DNA from: Chloroflexia bacterium
GTDB lineage: Bacteria; Chloroflexota; Chloroflexia; Chloroheliales; Chloroheliaceae
Length of the DNA: 64,000 bases
Reading direction: 5' to 3'
Assembly: GCA_038206175.1 (NCBI GenBank)
Contig: JBBRBE010000002.1
Span: 12,966 to 76,965 of the forward strand
In this document: piece after piece, positions 38,449 through 49,104 of the stretch
How the letters are laid out: the number at the start of each line of letters is the position of its first letter
How positions within the stretch are numbered: the first letter of the stretch is position 1
The notes under the pieces: generated by a model
What the model was told of the DNA's origin: nothing
Database searches by the model: none
Seen by the model: only the letters and a program-made list of their open reading frames with translations
Program-made: the position numbers and the translations under genes

Positions 38449-40830
38449 ATGACGGTGGAGAGCAGGGTATTAGGGCAGTTGGAAAGGGTGGATCGCAACG
38501 GGCAACAGGTGATTTTCGAGTTCGGCCCGTCCCGATTGGCCGTAGCGATACTGAGCGATCAATTGTTGCGGGTGCGCTATGCTTTCGATGGACAGTTCAA
38601 ACCGCGCCGCTCCTGGGCTGTCACCCAGGATGATAGCGACTACCCGGCGGTTCATTTCGAGGTGGTCGAGGATAACCCGGTGTTCGTAGAAATCCGCACG
38701 GCCCGGCTAAAACTCCGGGTGCGCCGGGACAAGGGCGGTCTTGAACTGCTGGACGCTGCCGATGATCGGCTTATTATGCAAGACTTGCCCGCTTACAGCC
38801 CGGAGAGGCGGCCTGACGGTTCGCTTCAGAGCCTGAAGGTTATGCCCGACGACGAGTTTTATTACGGATTTGGCGAACGCACCAGCCTGCTCGAAAAGCG
38901 CGGACGGCGTTACACCTGCTGGACGACCGACCCGGTGGATACCGACCTCGACCACGGCCCTGGCACCGACATGATGTACCAGGCTATTCCTTTTTATATG
39001 GCGTTGCGGCCCCGCCTGGGCGGTTACGGCCTGTTCTTCAACAATACTTACAAGACTGTCTTCGATGTTGGTTACAAGCAACCCGGCCTGCTCGAAATGG
39101 AGGCGGCGAGCGGAGAGTTGGACTACTACTTGATTTATGGCCCCGACCCTGCTGCTATCGTCCGCCGCTACACCGCTCTGACCGGGCGCACCCCTTTGCC
39201 GCCTCGCTGGGCGTTGGGCTATCATCAAAGCCGCTGGAGTTATTTTCCCGAAGGCCGCATACGCGAGCTTGCCGAGAGCTTTCGCGCCCGCCGCCTACCC
39301 GCCGAAGTGATCCACCTGGACATTGATTATATGCAGGGCTACCGGGTTTTTACCTGGGATGCCGAACGCTTTCCCGACCCGGCCCGCCTGTGCGCTGACC
39401 TGGCCGCGCAGGGTTTTAAGGTCGTGACGATCATTGATCCAGGCGTCAAGTACGACCCGCACAATAATTACCGCGTTTTCGACGAGGGAGAGAAAAATGA
39501 TTATTTCGTCCGTAAAGCCGATGGCGAACTTTTTCATGGTTATGTCTGGCCGGATGATAGCGTTTTCCCTGATTTCGTCCGGTCAGATGTGCGGGAGTGG
39601 TGGGGCGACCTGCATCGCGGACTGCTAGAGGCGGGCGTGCGCGGCATCTGGAACGATATGAACGAACCGGCTATTGCCAGCACGCCGTTCGGGGAATGGG
39701 GTCTGCACATTCAAATTCCCGACGACGCTCCACAGGGCGACGAGGCCGAACGCGCTACCCATGCCGAAACGCATAATTTGTACGGCTACCTGGAAGACCG
39801 GGCTACTTACGAAGGTTTGCGCCGTTTGCAGCCTGACACCCGCCCTTTTCTTTTGACGCGGGCCGGGTATGCCGGGATTCAACGCTATAGCGCGGTTTGG
39901 ACGGGCGATAACTCGGCTCTGTGGGAACATCTGGAAATGGCAATGCCGCAACTGGCGAATCTGGGACTTTCCGGGGTTAGCTTTGCCGGAACCGACATTG
40001 GGGGCTTCTGGGGCGCGGGCGGCGCAGAACTGTGGGCGCGCTGGATCGAGTTCGGCGCGTTTTCAGCTTTTTCACGGGGCCATTCGGCTCTGGATACTCC
40101 GCCTAAAGAGCCGTGGGCCTGGGGTGAAACGGTCGAGCGAATCGCCCGCAAGTATCTTGAGTTGCGCTACCGCTTCTTACCTTTCCTCTACACCCTCTTT
40201 GAAGAAAACTCCCGCACCGGCGCACCGCTCTTGCGCCCGATGCTTTACCAGTTCTGGCACGACCCGGCTACGATGTTGCTGCACGACCAGGTGATGCTGG
40301 GTCAGGCTCTCTTGCTGGCTCCGGTCTACCGGCCCGGTGCCGAACGACGCTATGTTTACCTGCCTCAAGGGGCGGGCGGCTGGTACGATTTCTGGTCGGG
40401 TGAACCGATTGAAGAAACGCACCTGCTGGCCCATGCTCCGTTCGATCACCTGCCGCTCTATGTGCGGGGTGGTTCGATTCTAACTCTCGGCCCGGTGATG
40501 CAGTACAGCGACGAACGCCCGCTCGATCTTCTAAGTCTGGAAATTTATCTGGACGAGCGCGGCCAGGCCGAGGGTGAACTTTACGAGGACGACGGCACGA
40601 GCCAGGCTTACCAGCGCGGCGAAAGTTGCCGCACGACCTACACCGTTACGACCGAGCCAGACGGGATGATCCGCCTGACCGCCCGCCGCGCCGGAGTTTT
40701 TCAGCCCGCACCGCGTGGTGTTGAAATTCGGTTTCACCCGCCCCGGCCCCGTTCTGGCCCCCTGCTTCACAGGCTGGAAGATGACGCCGGCAACTGGCAA
40801 ATCACACTTGACTCGGCCACGCCCCTGTAA
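38449..40830 (+). CDS. GH31 alpha-glucosidase
   Basis: WALGYHQSRWSY, HLDIDYM, GIWNDMNEP (nucleophile), WTGDN (acid/base), GTDIGGF. Confidence 0.94.
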   Translation: MTVESRVLGQLERVDRNGQQVIFEFGPSRLAVAILSDQLLRVRYAFDGQFKPRRSWAVTQDDSDYPAVHFEVVEDNPVFVEIRTARLKLRVRRDKGGLELLDAADDRLIMQDLPAYSPERRPDGSLQSLKVMPDDEFYYGFGERTSLLEKRGRRYTCWTTDPVDTDLDHGPGTDMMYQAIPFYMALRPRLGGYGLFFNNTYKTVFDVGYKQPGLLEMEAASGELDYYLIYGPDPAAIVRRYTALTGRTPLPPRWALGYHQSRWSYFPEGRIRELAESFRARRLPAEVIHLDIDYMQGYRVFTWDAERFPDPARLCADLAAQGFKVVTIIDPGVKYDPHNNYRVFDEGEKNDYFVRKADGELFHGYVWPDDSVFPDFVRSDVREWWGDLHRGLLEAGVRGIWNDMNEPAIASTPFGEWGLHIQIPDDAPQGDEAERATHAETHNLYGYLEDRATYEGLRRLQPDTRPFLLTRAGYAGIQRYSAVWTGDNSALWEHLEMAMPQLANLGLSGVSFAGTDIGGFWGAGGAELWARWIEFGAFSAFSRGHSALDTPPKEPWAWGETVERIARKYLELRYRFLPFLYTLFEENSRTGAPLLRPMLYQFWHDPATMLLHDQVMLGQALLLAPVYRPGAERRYVYLPQGAGGWYDFWSGEPIEETHLLAHAPFDHLPLYVRGGSILTLGPVMQYSDERPLDLLSLEIYLDERGQAEGELYEDDGTSQAYQRGESCRTTYTVTTEPDGMIRLTARRAGVFQPAPRGVEIRFHPPRPRSGPLLHRLEDDAGNWQITLDSATPL

Positions 40831-40948
40831 TGGCAGCTAGAGGTAAAGTAAGGCAACCTGGGAGTAGTGGCAGGTTTAAGCAGTTCTAAACTCTTATTCA
40901 AACTCGATCCACACTGTGCAGACCTGGAACTAGAGGAGAAATCAAGCG

Positions 40949-41638
40949 GTGACATCTACCGAACAAAACAGCGCACTTGGACGCGGTCGCACTAAGCCAC
41001 TTATGCGGGGTTGGCTGCACGCTCTGGCAGCGTTGGCCGCTCCGCCGGTCACTTTTGCGTTGTGCTGGAGCAGTCGCGACGATCCCGAACGGCTGCGTTC
41101 GATGCTAATTTACGGTCTAAGCCTGAGCTTGCTTTACACGGTTAGCGCGGTTTATCACATCTTGCCCTGGCGAGGCAAGTGGCAGGTTTTCCTGCGCACG
41201 CTCGATCACGCCAACATTTTTCTTTTGATCGCCGGAACCTATACCCCGATTTGCTATAACGTGCTGCGCGGCTGGCAACGAGATGTGCTGCTGGACACAA
41301 TCTGGCTGTTGTGTGGTCTGGGTATTTTCCTGACGGTTTTTCTGCCTCGTCGCCTGCCCCGCCCGGCCAAAACCGCCTTATACGTATTGTTAGGCTGGGT
41401 TGGTTTGCTGGCTTTGCCTGCCGCGCTGGAAAACTTGCCTTTCCCTGGCGTTCTCCTGATGATCCTGGGCGGTATCCTCTATACCGTCGGGGCAATCGTC
41501 TACGGCTTGCGCTGGCCCGACCCGTTTCCCCGTTACTTTGGCTTCCACGAGATTTTCCATGTTTTCGTGGTGGTGGCCGGTGCGCTCTATACAATTGCTA
41601 TCTGGGTCTGGATTATCCCTTTTCCACGCCCGGTCTGA
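40949..41638 (+). CDS. hemolysin III / PAQR family membrane protein
   Basis: KPLMRGWLH, SAVYH, LDHANIFLLIAGTYTP, GFHEIFHVFV. Confidence 0.92.
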   Translation: MTSTEQNSALGRGRTKPLMRGWLHALAALAAPPVTFALCWSSRDDPERLRSMLIYGLSLSLLYTVSAVYHILPWRGKWQVFLRTLDHANIFLLIAGTYTPICYNVLRGWQRDVLLDTIWLLCGLGIFLTVFLPRRLPRPAKTALYVLLGWVGLLALPAALENLPFPGVLLMILGGILYTVGAIVYGLRWPDPFPRYFGFHEIFHVFVVVAGALYTIAIWVWIIPFPRPV

Positions 41639-41660
41639 AAAGCCAGGATAACCTGGTGGC

Positions 41661-41699
41661 AAAAAAAGGCTGTTACGAGATTGCAATCTCGTAACAGCC
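41661..41699 (-). terminator. intrinsic terminator of the cop operon (perfect 32-bp palindrome + U tract)
   Basis: GGCTGTTACGAGATTG|CAATCTCGTAACAGCC, preceded by A7 on the + strand. Confidence 0.85.
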
Positions 41700-41710
41700 G
41701 ATTAGTTGAT

Positions 41711-41980
41711 TTAGAGTGACTTGAGGTTGAGGGTCTTTTTGCCGGAAGCTGCCGAAAGAGCGTTTCCTTCGACCTGACCGGCTACATCATAGCCTTCTTC
41801 CTCAATTGCCTCTTTCACCGCTCCTTCGCTGACGGTGGCCGGGTTAAAAGCTACGTAGACTCGCTTGCTTGCCAGGTCTACCTGCACGTTTTCCACGCCC
41901 AGGTTCTTAGTAGCTTTCGTTATGGAGTTGATACAGTGGTCGCAGCTAACGCCCGGCACCTCATAAGTTATTTCTTGCAT
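41711..41980 (-). CDS. copZ: copper chaperone (HMA domain)
   Basis: VPGVSCDHC, AIEEEGYDV; start ATG 41980 with AGGAAA RBS. Confidence 0.92.
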   Translation of the reverse strand: MQEITYEVPGVSCDHCINSITKATKNLGVENVQVDLASKRVYVAFNPATVSEGAVKEAIEEEGYDVAGQVEGNALSAASGKKTLNLKSL

Positions 41981-42111
41981 GTCTTTTTCCTTTCTATCTA
42001 ATTTCATCTGACCTAATCTAAAAACGAGTTTCCTTCCTGGCCGTTGTTACGCAGTCGGGTACTCGGTTCGATTAGAAAATGCTAACTCAAACCGGCTGAT
42101 CGGGCTAGTTG

Positions 42112-45100
42112 TTAAACGACGTTCAGCACGTAACTAAAGACAATCACCCGACCTTCGGACTGGAACTCGGCCCAGATTTTGTAGCGGCCCGCCTTCTCGA
42201 ATTTCAGGTCGTAAGCTACTTCCGGCCCGTACCGCACATTTGCGGCGGGTAGATTATGCTGAGCCTGGTCTTGACTACCGCTCGTAGCGGGCATCGGGGT
42301 GTTGCTGTTTGTAACCCCACTCATCGCCATTGGAGTCGCGCCGGGTACGTGGCCGTGCAGGTGACGGAACGAGTTACTATCCTCGGCAATCAAGATCAGA
42401 TGGCCCGGTTCGCCCAGGTACGGTTCAAGCCCACTGAAAGGCTGGCCGTTCTGCTCGAACCTGAACTTAAATTCACTGGCCTGGCCGACCCGCAGTTGGT
42501 CGGGAGTTTCGAGCGTCGCTTTCAGGTTGCCCAACTCCTGTACCTTTTGTCCGCCGGGAGCCAGGTTTGCGGGCGGGGTCGCTTGCTCGTTTCCGCCGCC
42601 GATAGTCAGGTCGTGGCGGTAAAGAATTTCCGCCCCATTCGCCAGGTCAAACTCGTTGTAGAGCCGATACTGGCCCGCCGACGGGAAGGTCACGGTAAAG
42701 GTGTATAGCCCCTGACTGGCTCCTTCCGGGTGGAGGTGGCGGTAAAAACTGTAGTCGTTACTTACCAGCACCAGATGCATCAAGCGGGTGTGCTTGAGTT
42801 TAAGACCTTCCGGCCCGATAGGTTGGCCGGTGCGCCCATCGGTCAGGCGGAAGATCACCAGGGTCGGTTGCCCGGCCTGTGGCTGCGTCGGGAAGGTATT
42901 AAGCTCGATCCGAGCGTCTCCAATGGTGTAAGGAGAGGGCAATGCTACGATATTGGCCGCCGGAATAACATCTGGCTCATCCGCCCCTGCCTGAACAGCG
43001 TCGGAACCTGTCCGCATGGCTGTGGCGTTATGGCTGTCCGGGCGGCGCGTGAAAGAGTCGTAGGCTTGCCAGCCGATTAGCCCTACGAGTCCTAGAAGGG
43101 CCAGCACCAGACCGACTTGCCAGAGCGTGGCTTTACGTCTGGCTCCTTTTTCGGCCTGGGTAAGTGGCCCGGCGTGTTTGCCCCGGAAACGGTTGAGAAG
43201 CAGCGAGTTCGACACTACCGATACGCTACTGATTGCCATCGCTCCTGCCGCCAGAACCGGATTGATAATGCCCGCGATTGCCAGTGGCACCAGCAAGACA
43301 TTATAGAAGAAAGCCCAGAACAGGTTTTGCTTGATCTTGCGCATTGTCGCCTTTGAAAGCGCAATGGCCGTCGCTACCGCCTGCACATCGCCCCGCATCA
43401 GGGTAATATCGGCGGCTTCTATGGCAATATCCGTCCCGGTGCCAATTGCCATCCCAACATCAGCCTGGGCTAAGGCCGGTGCATCGTTGATACCGTCGCC
43501 TACCATTGCCACCACTTTGCCTTCGGCCTGTAGCTCTTTGACCAGCGCGGCTTTATCTTCGGGGCGTACTTCCGCCAGCACTCGCTCGATCCCGGCCTGA
43601 AGTGCGATTGCCTCGGCAGTGCGGCGATTGTCGCCGGTCATCATTACTGGCTCGATTCCCAACCGCTTTAGTTCGGCAATCCCTTCGGCACTGCTCTCTC
43701 GGATCGTATCGGCCACGGCTACCAGTCCGGCCACGGTTCCATCTACCGCTACCAGCATGACCGTTTTACCCTGTCCTTCCAGGCGACTCATGCTTTCCTC
43801 GCTGGCCGGGGCGAGGGTCAAGCCCTGCTCCCTGACGAGCTTGCGCGTGCCGACCAGCACCCGACGTCCGTTTGTGTCACCGACTACTCCGGCCCCGGTA
43901 AAGCTCTGGAAGTTGGTAAGTTGTTCTTGCGGCTGGTCAATTGCCAGACCTCTAAGCCTGGCTCCGTTTACAATAGCCTCGCCTAGAGGATGTTCGCTGC
44001 CTTTTTCAACCAGTGCAGCCAGCTTGAGAATAAAGCTTTCGTCCAGGCCGTTCAAGCTGACCAGATCGGTCACTTCCGGCTTACCGCGTGTCAGGGTGCC
44101 GGTTTTGTCCAGAACGACAATCTGGATTTGCCGGGCGCGTTCGAGGCTTTCGCCACCTTTGATCAAAATGCCCTGTTCGGCTCCCACCCCCGTGCCGACC
44201 ATTATGGCGGTAGGCGTTGCCAGACCCAGCGCACAGGGGCAAGCCACTACCAGCACCGCTACGGCGGGTAAAAGAGCCGCCTGAAACGAGTTGCCGGTAA
44301 GTAGCCAGCCGACAAAACTCAAAAGGGCAATCCCGATTACTACCGGCACGAAGATGCCGCTAATCGTATCGGCCAGGCGTTGCACCGGGGCTTTCGACCC
44401 CTGAGCTTGCTCGACTAGCCGGACAATCTGAGCCAGCACCGTGTCGCGCCCGACCCGGTTCGCCCGCACTCGCAACAAACCTGTCCCGTTGACGGTCGCG
44501 CCAACTACTCCGTCGCCCGGTTCTTTCTCGACGGGCAGGCTTTCCCCGGTCAACATACTTTCGTCTACGCTGCTCCGACCGGCTTCAACTGTGCCGTCGG
44601 TTGGAACTCTCTCGCCCGGTCGCACCACTATCAGGTCGCCTATCACTAGCTCGCTCAGGGCTATTTCTTGCTCCTGACCGTTGCGTATTACCCGTGCGGT
44701 TTTGGCTTGCAAACCGAGCAGCTTTTTGATTGCCTCTCCCGTGCGACCTTTAGCGACCACTTCCAAAAATTTTCCCAGATAGATCAGGGTGATGATCAGG
44801 GCGGTAGTCTCGAAATAGGTAATCGCTTCACCACCGTTCGGCCCCCGGCCCATCGTTCCGGCGGCGGGAGTGTAGCTGTTACCCAGCAGAAGTAGCCACA
44901 CACTGAACAGGTACGCTGCGGTCGAACCCATCGAAATGAGAGTGTCCATATTGGCCGAAAGATGGCGGGCATTTTTGAGCGCACCCCGGTGAAACTCCCA
45001 GCCCACAATGGCCCACACTGGCGTGGTGAGGGCAAACAAGAGCCAGTCGCGGGGTTGGGCCGGTAGCCAGTTCATCCCAAACATATTGACCACAAAGACC

Positions 45101-45723
45101 GGCACGGTCAGCACAGCCCCTAAAATCAAGAGGCGACGACGGCGTTCGATCTCACGGCGGCGGCGCAAGCTATTGCGGTCCTCCGGCTCGGTTACGGCTA
45201 TTTCAAGCCTGGCGGTGGTTTTCTCTTTTGAGTCTGCTCTCTCCACTACCGGGGCAGGCCGGGATATTACCTGGGTCAGCCTTTCGCTATTACCCGCGTC
45301 GGCTCCATCGGCGGCGGCAGGCGTATATTTGAGGCCGGAGGGCTGAACCGTGTCAGCCTTAGCCTCAGTCCGATTAGCCTGCGCTAACGCTCTGGGCGCA
45401 CTCACGATTTCGCCGTAAGGCTGTGCTTTGTAACCTGCCGCCTCGACTGCCCCGATAATTTTAGGCAGGTCTACCCGCGCCGGGTCGAACGTAACTGTGC
45501 CGCGTTCGGTCGCCAGGTTAACACTGACTTCTTCAACCCCTTCGACCTTTTTGACTTTGCGCTCGATCCGATTGACGCAACTGGCACAGGTCATTCCTTC
45601 CAATTCCAGCGTGACGGTAGCGGCTTCGCTACCGGACTGGTTCGGTGGCGCGGTTTTAAGATCGGAATTATTGTTATTTATGTTCAGGAGTGGAGAATTT
45701 TGCTGATTATTAGTCTCAGTCAT
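42112..45723 (-). CDS. copA: P1B-1 Cu(I)-exporting ATPase with ~300-aa C-terminal fusion
   Basis: [39 protein letters not shown] and MAISS; then an extra TM helix and a His-rich domain. Confidence 0.95.
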   Translation of the reverse strand: MTETNNQQNSPLLNINNNNSDLKTAPPNQSGSEAATVTLELEGMTCASCVNRIERKVKKVEGVEEVSVNLATERGTVTFDPARVDLPKIIGAVEAAGYKAQPYGEIVSAPRALAQANRTEAKADTVQPSGLKYTPAAADGADAGNSERLTQVISRPAPVVERADSKEKTTARLEIAVTEPEDRNSLRRRREIERRRRLLILGAVLTVPVFVVNMFGMNWLPAQPRDWLLFALTTPVWAIVGWEFHRGALKNARHLSANMDTLISMGSTAAYLFSVWLLLLGNSYTPAAGTMGRGPNGGEAITYFETTALIITLIYLGKFLEVVAKGRTGEAIKKLLGLQAKTARVIRNGQEQEIALSELVIGDLIVVRPGERVPTDGTVEAGRSSVDESMLTGESLPVEKEPGDGVVGATVNGTGLLRVRANRVGRDTVLAQIVRLVEQAQGSKAPVQRLADTISGIFVPVVIGIALLSFVGWLLTGNSFQAALLPAVAVLVVACPCALGLATPTAIMVGTGVGAEQGILIKGGESLERARQIQIVVLDKTGTLTRGKPEVTDLVSLNGLDESFILKLAALVEKGSEHPLGEAIVNGARLRGLAIDQPQEQLTNFQSFTGAGVVGDTNGRRVLVGTRKLVREQGLTLAPASEESMSRLEGQGKTVMLVAVDGTVAGLVAVADTIRESSAEGIAELKRLGIEPVMMTGDNRRTAEAIALQAGIERVLAEVRPEDKAALVKELQAEGKVVAMVGDGINDAPALAQADVGMAIGTGTDIAIEAADITLMRGDVQAVATAIALSKATMRKIKQNLFWAFFYNVLLVPLAIAGIINPVLAAGAMAISSVSVVSNSLLLNRFRGKHAGPLTQAEKGARRKATLWQVGLVLALLGLVGLIGWQAYDSFTRRPDSHNATAMRTGSDAVQAGADEPDVIPAANIVALPSPYTIGDARIELNTFPTQPQAGQPTLVIFRLTDGRTGQPIGPEGLKLKHTRLMHLVLVSNDYSFYRHLHPEGASQGLYTFTVTFPSAGQYRLYNEFDLANGAEILYRHDLTIGGGNEQATPPANLAPGGQKVQELGNLKATLETPDQLRVGQASEFKFRFEQNGQPFSGLEPYLGEPGHLILIAEDSNSFRHLHGHVPGATPMAMSGVTNSNTPMPATSGSQDQAQHNLPAANVRYGPEVAYDLKFEKAGRYKIWAEFQSEGRVIVFSYVLNVV

Positions 45724-45777
45724 TGCTCTCTTCGCTTTCTTATTTTTCTCAGGTTGCTAACTGCGGTTAGAAGTAAA

Positions 45778-46050
45778 TTATTTGGTGTAGCGTTTCAAGA
45801 CGGCCATAATTTCATCAATCTTTTCATCGCCGTTGCCCGCCTGGACTGCTTCGACTACACAGTGGCGCATATGATCCTCGGTCAAAAGGAGCGAAACCCC
45901 TTCCAGGGCCGCCTGGACGCTGTTAATCTGGGTAAGTATATCTATGCAGTATTTATCATCATCTACCATACGCTGTAAGCCGCGTACCTGTCCTTCGATC
46001 CTTTTGAGTCTGTTCTGAATGTTTTCTTTACTTGTTATATAGCCTGCCAT
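45778..46050 (-). CDS. csoR: CsoR/RcnR-family copper-sensing repressor
   Basis: RLKRIEGQVRGLQRM, YCIDILTQ, HMRHC (C-H-C Cu site); start ATG 46050 with AGGAAAGG RBS. Confidence 0.93.
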   Translation of the reverse strand: MAGYITSKENIQNRLKRIEGQVRGLQRMVDDDKYCIDILTQINSVQAALEGVSLLLTEDHMRHCVVEAVQAGNGDEKIDEIMAVLKRYTK

Positions 46051-46093
46051 CTGGCCTTTCCTTTCCTGCATGTGGGAGTAAACGCTTCGACCG

Positions 46094-46148
46094 ATACCCA
46101 CCAGGGGTATACTACTATGATTATAATACCCCCTATGGGTATTGTCAA
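46094..46148 (-). promoter_or_regulatory. sigma70 promoter with two CsoR-type operators
   Basis: Minus strand TTGACA(46148-43)-17 nt-TATAAT(46125-20). The spacer is ATACCCCCTATGGGTAT (46126-42, + strand); a second ATACCCACCAGGGGTAT lies at 46094-110. Confidence 0.9.
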
Positions 46149-46407
46149 GTGGCTGTACGTAGATTTTTAGAAGTCGAGAGGTTAAACGTAGATTTTTAGG
46201 AAGGGTTAAGAATTATTTGGAGGGGGTGAAGAAGGCGCGATTATTCTAAAGAAATTCCCTGGCAAAGGGCGATTGTGTTCAGCCGTGCTAAATTGTGGTA
46301 AGCTAACTTCCTGAGCTTTGGTATTCCGAACCAGGGAAAAGCAAGCGTGATAACGAATTCTTTGCCGTGGTTAACTTGTGGTTTGGCATAATCTGGAAAG
46401 AAGAGCT

Positions 46408-46824
46408 ATGAAAATGTCCCAGGTGTTCAAGACCGTTGCCCGTTCCTTCGCTGGGCTGGCCTTTTTAGGCTCAGGAGTGTTGCACTTCCTCAGCCCGGAG
46501 CCTTTTATGCGGATCGTGCCGTCTGCTTTACCTTCGCCCCAGGCTTTAGTTTACATAAGTGGTTTGTTTGAAATTCTAGGCGGGTCAGGATTGCTGCTGC
46601 CCCAACCGCGCCTTCGACAGGCTGCCGGGCGAGGTCTGGCCTTGCTTTTAGTAGCAGTTTTCCCGGCAAACGTGTATCACGCCCTGGCCGGAGTAAAGCT
46701 TGGCGACAACGCTTTTCTTAACAGCCCGGTTTACCATATCATCCGTTTGCCCATGCAAGCAGTTTTGATCTGGTTGGTGCTGTGGAGTAGCCGCCCGGCA
46801 GCCCAGAGTAAGAAACCAGGTTAA
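46408..46824 (+). CDS. DoxX/MauE-like small membrane protein
   Basis: GVLHF, VYISGLFEILGG, LLVAVFPANVY, RLPMQ. Track start 46378; ATG 46408 preferred. Confidence 0.85.
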   Translation: MKMSQVFKTVARSFAGLAFLGSGVLHFLSPEPFMRIVPSALPSPQALVYISGLFEILGGSGLLLPQPRLRQAAGRGLALLLVAVFPANVYHALAGVKLGDNAFLNSPVYHIIRLPMQAVLIWLVLWSSRPAAQSKKPG

Positions 46825-46892
46825 GAGTAAAAGCTAGACGCACTGAAAAAGGATAAAGTTGATTAGACTAACTGACCACGAGGTTTAGATAT

Positions 46893-48143
46893 TTAAGCCG
46901 GAGCCAAATAGCGGACTGCTTCGCTACGGTAAGCGACCAGAGCGGGTAACACCCCGGCTAATAGGCCGACCAGGAGGACTGCACCGAATATCCAGGGTTC
47001 CTGGGCTGAAAAGCGTAAAATTACCTGGATCGAGTTAGCGTCTCGGATGGCATTAGCGATCAGCCAGGCCGTGAGGTGGCCTAAGCCTGCCCCTACTATT
47101 ATCCCCAACCCGGCCACCAGACCGCTTTCGAGCAGGACGAGGCGAAAGACTGTGCCGCGCCCCGCTCCCATCGCCCGCAACACGGCCAGATCGCGCCGCC
47201 GCTCTACAATCGAGCCATAGAGCGATAGGAAGACGGTTGCTCCGGCCATTCCAATTGCTAAATACGCTACAAAACTGAGAATTTGCTGTCCCTGTCCGAC
47301 CTGAGTGTTAAGTTTTGCCAGTTCGTTGTAAGGAATAACCGCCTGGGCATCCGCGGCTAACCGCCCGGAGTTGATGCCCTGCTGGAGGCGGTAAACGTCG
47401 TTGGGGAAGGTGCGCGGCTTGACCAGGATCGCCGTGACCGCTTTGGGTTGATAGGTCTGGTCGTTGGCTGGGGCCGGGCTGCCGGGATGCTCGTGGATTT
47501 GCCAGTAACTTTCGATGTCAACGTAAATGCCCATATCCGCCGGGCTATCGGTCTGTTTAAGAATTCCTACGACCGTATAAGGATGGGCGGCGTGTTCGTC
47601 CGGGCCTTCTTCTTCGCCGGGTAGGGCCGCTTCATCGCCGTGTTCGGCCTGGAAAGGCTGACCCGGTTTGAGACCTAGCTTGCGGGCGGCTTCGGAACCC
47701 AGCACAGCCTCGAAAGCTTGCTGGAAGACCCGGCCACCCTCGATTTGAAAATAAGCCGGGTCGTTCGGACGATTGCGGAACTCGAAGAAAGGGCTTTTAG
47801 TGCCGATAATCTTGTGGCCCCGGTAGTTGTCGCCATAGGCCAGTGGGACGACCGCGCTCACACCAGGGTCTTTCTGGAGTTTTTCGTATAGTTCTAGCGG
47901 CACGTTTTGCAAGGGCTGGCCCTGCAATAGCACGGTGTTAAGGACAAGTTGCTGGGCGTTGCCTTTGCTGCCGATGATCAGGTCGTAGGGTTCTGCCGCC
48001 CGGTTGATCCCGTTTTGCACTCCTTCCGAAAGCAGCACCACCGACAGGGCCAGGGCCAGGGCCACGCCTACCACCACGACTGTCATTAAACTTTGCACCC
48101 GGCGGTTCCGCAGATTTCGCCAGGCCATCGCCATTAAACCCAT
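46893..48143 (-). CDS. FtsX/MacB-type ABC transporter permease
   Basis: WRNL...LALAL, extracellular domain with His/Glu patch (EHGDE...DEHAAH), ERRRDLAVLRAMGA, four TM segments. Confidence 0.9.
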   Translation of the reverse strand: MGLMAMAWRNLRNRRVQSLMTVVVVGVALALALSVVLLSEGVQNGINRAAEPYDLIIGSKGNAQQLVLNTVLLQGQPLQNVPLELYEKLQKDPGVSAVVPLAYGDNYRGHKIIGTKSPFFEFRNRPNDPAYFQIEGGRVFQQAFEAVLGSEAARKLGLKPGQPFQAEHGDEAALPGEEEGPDEHAAHPYTVVGILKQTDSPADMGIYVDIESYWQIHEHPGSPAPANDQTYQPKAVTAILVKPRTFPNDVYRLQQGINSGRLAADAQAVIPYNELAKLNTQVGQGQQILSFVAYLAIGMAGATVFLSLYGSIVERRRDLAVLRAMGAGRGTVFRLVLLESGLVAGLGIIVGAGLGHLTAWLIANAIRDANSIQVILRFSAQEPWIFGAVLLVGLLAGVLPALVAYRSEAVRYLAPA

Positions 48144-48149
48144 ATTATT

Positions 48150-48830
48150 CTAAGAGCCTTTGAAAACTTCTACCGAATCGGCCCGCAAGCGCAACAGGCT
48201 GAAGAAGCCCGTCTGCGGGTCAACCGCTTCACCGATTTCAAGCTTACCCACGACCGTAATTGGTTCTTCGACCAGTTGAATCTCTTTGCCGGGGGGCATC
48301 GTCACCAGCACAATATCTTCCGGCCAATCGGCGGCAGTCGAGCAGAAAGGACAGGTTGCCAGCTTGATCCGGGTCAGCACGAAGAAATCCAGGGCTGGTT
48401 TGAGAGGCGGAGCCATATAACCACTGATCTTGATCTGCCGGTTGTTGGCTCCTTTAAGCTTATCGCTTAAAATCAGGTCAATCGAGGACGAATTAGGGGC
48501 GTAGAATTCGTTGAAGCGGATCATGGTCGGCCCGCCGTTAGCCGGGTTTCCACCCGGTGCGAGGGTCGGTGCAACGGCCCCTACCGTACCGGGTTTGGCT
48601 CCGGCGATGGTCGTCCCGGCGACTTTGGTCGTCCCGGCGTTCAGGGTACTTGCGCTGGTCGTTGCTGCGTCTACTTTTGCGGCTGTAGTGGCGGCGGTCG
48701 TTTGGACGGCGGCACTGGCCGGGGCCGCTTTAGGCTCTGCCGCTCCCGAAGGTGTCTCACCACAGGCTCCCAGGCTCAACCCTAGCAGCGCACACAGCGT
48801 CAACAACACGAGCAATTTTTTCTTTGCCAT
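48150..48830 (-). CDS. lipoprotein with CPFC motif (DUF3299-like OB-fold partner of the permease)
   Basis: LSLGACG lipobox, T/A/G-rich linker, ISGYMAPP, LATCPFC...DWPEDIV, GKLEIG; 6 nt from the permease start. Confidence 0.8.
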   Translation of the reverse strand: MAKKKLLVLLTLCALLGLSLGACGETPSGAAEPKAAPASAAVQTTAATTAAKVDAATTSASTLNAGTTKVAGTTIAGAKPGTVGAVAPTLAPGGNPANGGPTMIRFNEFYAPNSSSIDLILSDKLKGANNRQIKISGYMAPPLKPALDFFVLTRIKLATCPFCSTAADWPEDIVLVTMPPGKEIQLVEEPITVVGKLEIGEAVDPQTGFFSLLRLRADSVEVFKGS

Positions 48831-49104
48831 TTTGATGTTAATTCCTTGTTCGTTTCGAGTTACTTTTGCCAGGTCTAAACACTTTTTTTAGACAGTTAAA
48901 ATTAGCTTACCGGGTAGCCTAATCCTCTACGTTTCACCCTCTTGTCTGATAATACCGCCTGGAAGCTGAGTTGGCAACCTGGGCGATTTCAAAAAAATAA
49001 ACATCAGAACTTTCGCTTTAAGCTCCAAAGATATTGTCCAGAGAAAGGGAAGAAAACACTCGTCGGAGCGTTTTCTTCTCTTTTTTAACTCTCTTAAACC
49101 TTGC

